A stretch of DNA of 64,000 nucleotides, taken from NCBI GenBank assembly GCA_002269645.1, contig NIVC01000183.1, positions 1 through 64,000 of the forward strand. The letters are read 5' to 3'. The notes under the pieces are model-generated. The model saw only the letters and a list, made by a program, of their open reading frames with translations, had not been told where the DNA came from and ran no database searches. This stretch comes from Macrostomum lignano (taxonomy: Eukaryota). The translations under genes were made by a program, and so were the position numbers. Position 1 is the stretch's first letter; each line of letters opens with the position of its first letter. Below are positions 62,345-64,000 of this stretch, piece after piece.

Positions 62345-62950
62345 GCACGGTGCTGATGAGATGAGACGCTTCGCTTCGCTGAAGGCCATCTCGCATTTTG
62401 CGTCCCAGTTCCATGGCGTGTCCTTGCGCAGGAGCGCTGTTAGCGGCTCGGCGACGTGAGACAGGTTCTTGATGTAGAACTGGAAGAACTTTGCAAAGCC
62501 AAGGAATGAGGCTAACTTTGCCGTATTGGTGGGTGCCTTAAGTCCCGATACGGACTCGGTGTGCGACTGGAGAGGTTGAATTCCCGCTGCGCTGACGCGG
62601 TGTCCAACGAACTCGATCTCCGACGCCTTGAAGGTTGCACTTCTTGAGGTTGACGGTTACTCGATGCTGCAGCAGCTTGTCCAGTACCTGAAGTACGCGA
62701 CTTTCGTGCTCAGCTTTAGTACCGGCGTGAACGGCGATGTCGTCTTGATAGTGAACGACGCCTCTGATGCCTTGGAGGATCTTGCCGACGAGCTTCTGGA
62801 AGGCCGCCGGATCCGAGCTGATGCCGAACGGCATGCGTCTGAAACGGTAGAGGTCGAATTCGGTGTGGAAGCAGGTCAGATTCTTGGCGTCATCGTGCAG
62901 AGGCAGCTGTAGATACGACTGGTTGATGTTGATTCGTGAGAAAAACTTCG
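62345..62950 (-). mobile_element. Ty3/gypsy reverse transcriptase fragment, frameshifted
   Basis: YRFRRMPFGISSDPAAFQ, HYQDDIAV, then after a frameshift near 62630 EIEFVGHRVSAAGI..SFLG..EPLTALLRKDTPWNW. The first catalytic Asp position reads Asn (SRININQ). Confidence 0.92.
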
Positions 62951-63230
62951 AATTGTAAACCTCAAATATATTACTAATTAAAAATTTTAAAACACGTTTC
63001 CATTCTTTTGAATTAGAATAGCAGGTATGTTCAGAGCTAAAATAATTCTGGTTTAACAATTTTATGCCTTACTTTATTTCATTCACAACTCTCGCTGCAC
63101 TACTCATAGTAAAGTAGTAAAGATGTATCAATGTTGTTGAAACAACATTGCCAATTTTGACAATGGCACGACAAAAAATTTCTTGTGACAACATTGATGT
63201 CAACAATTCAGCAACACGAGGAATATCCGT

Positions 63231-64000
63231 AAAAAGGAATACATTCTGTCAGTCTTCAGTTTCTAGAAAGCCCAATAACAGGCTAAACTGATGGAAACAC
63301 AAAAAACACAATTTATTGTGCGTACTGTGCTTCTGGGCATAAAGCTACTCCTAATGAGCATATTGGTCTCTTTAACTTAGAAAGAAGCAATATCCCGGAG
63401 ATAGAAATGCATTCTGTCAGTCTTCAGTTTCTAAAAAGCCCAATAACAGGCTAAACTGATGGAAACACAAAAAACACAATTTATTGTGCGTACTGTGCTT
63501 CTGGGCATAAAGCTACTCCTAATGAGCATATTGGTCTCTTTAACTTAGAAAGAAGCAATATCCCGGAGATAGAAATGCATTCTGTCAGTCTTCAGTTTCT
63601 AGATAGCCCAATAACAGGCTAAACTGATGGAAACACAAAAAACACAATTTATTGTGCGTACTGTGCTTCTGGGCATAAAGCTACTCCTAATGAGCATATT
63701 GGTCTCTTTAACTTAGAAAGAAGCAATATCCCGGAGATAGAAATGCATTCTGTCAGTCTTCAGTTTCTAGAAAGCCCAATAACAGGCTAAACTGATGGAA
63801 ACACAAAAAACACAATTTATTGTGCGTACTGTGCTTCTGGGCATAAAGCTACTCCTAATGAGCATATTGGTCTCTTTAACTTAGAAAGAAGCAATATCCC
63901 GGAGATAGAAATGCATTCTGTCAGTCTTCAGTTTCTAGATAGCCCAATAACAGGCTAAACTGATGGAAACACAAAAAACACAATTTATTGTGCGTACTGT
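63231..64000 (-). repeat. Same 167-bp satellite in inverted orientation (right arm), runs off the window
   Basis: Reverse complement of the 58552-60660 unit. Confidence 0.97.

Overview
Eukaryotic (metazoan) genomic DNA: GC-rich exons, short AT-rich introns and many minisatellites. It resembles a free-living flatworm such as Macrostomum, which is inference only. The window is dominated by one minus-strand gene of about 35 kb (about 55776 to 20979). Chaining in-phase splice sites by hand gives a protein of more than 9,300 aa: one N-terminal galectin-like domain, a single 24.9-kb exon (about 66 copies of a 77-aa acidic repeat plus 11 copies of a 234-aa module), then about five tandem divergent galectin-like domains lacking canonical sugar-binding residues. 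The ORF track splits the giant exon into five ORFs at four identical GG-to-G deletions that look like consensus errors. Also present: a two-exon RNF217-like RBR E3 ligase (+), a multi-exon low-complexity gene (-, 342-7240), two decayed Tc1/IS630-like elements, MITE and tRNA-SINE fragments, about ten tandem arrays, and a foldback-like structure of inverted 167-bp arrays around Ty3/gypsy gag and RT fragments. All calls were made by eye with no database searches.
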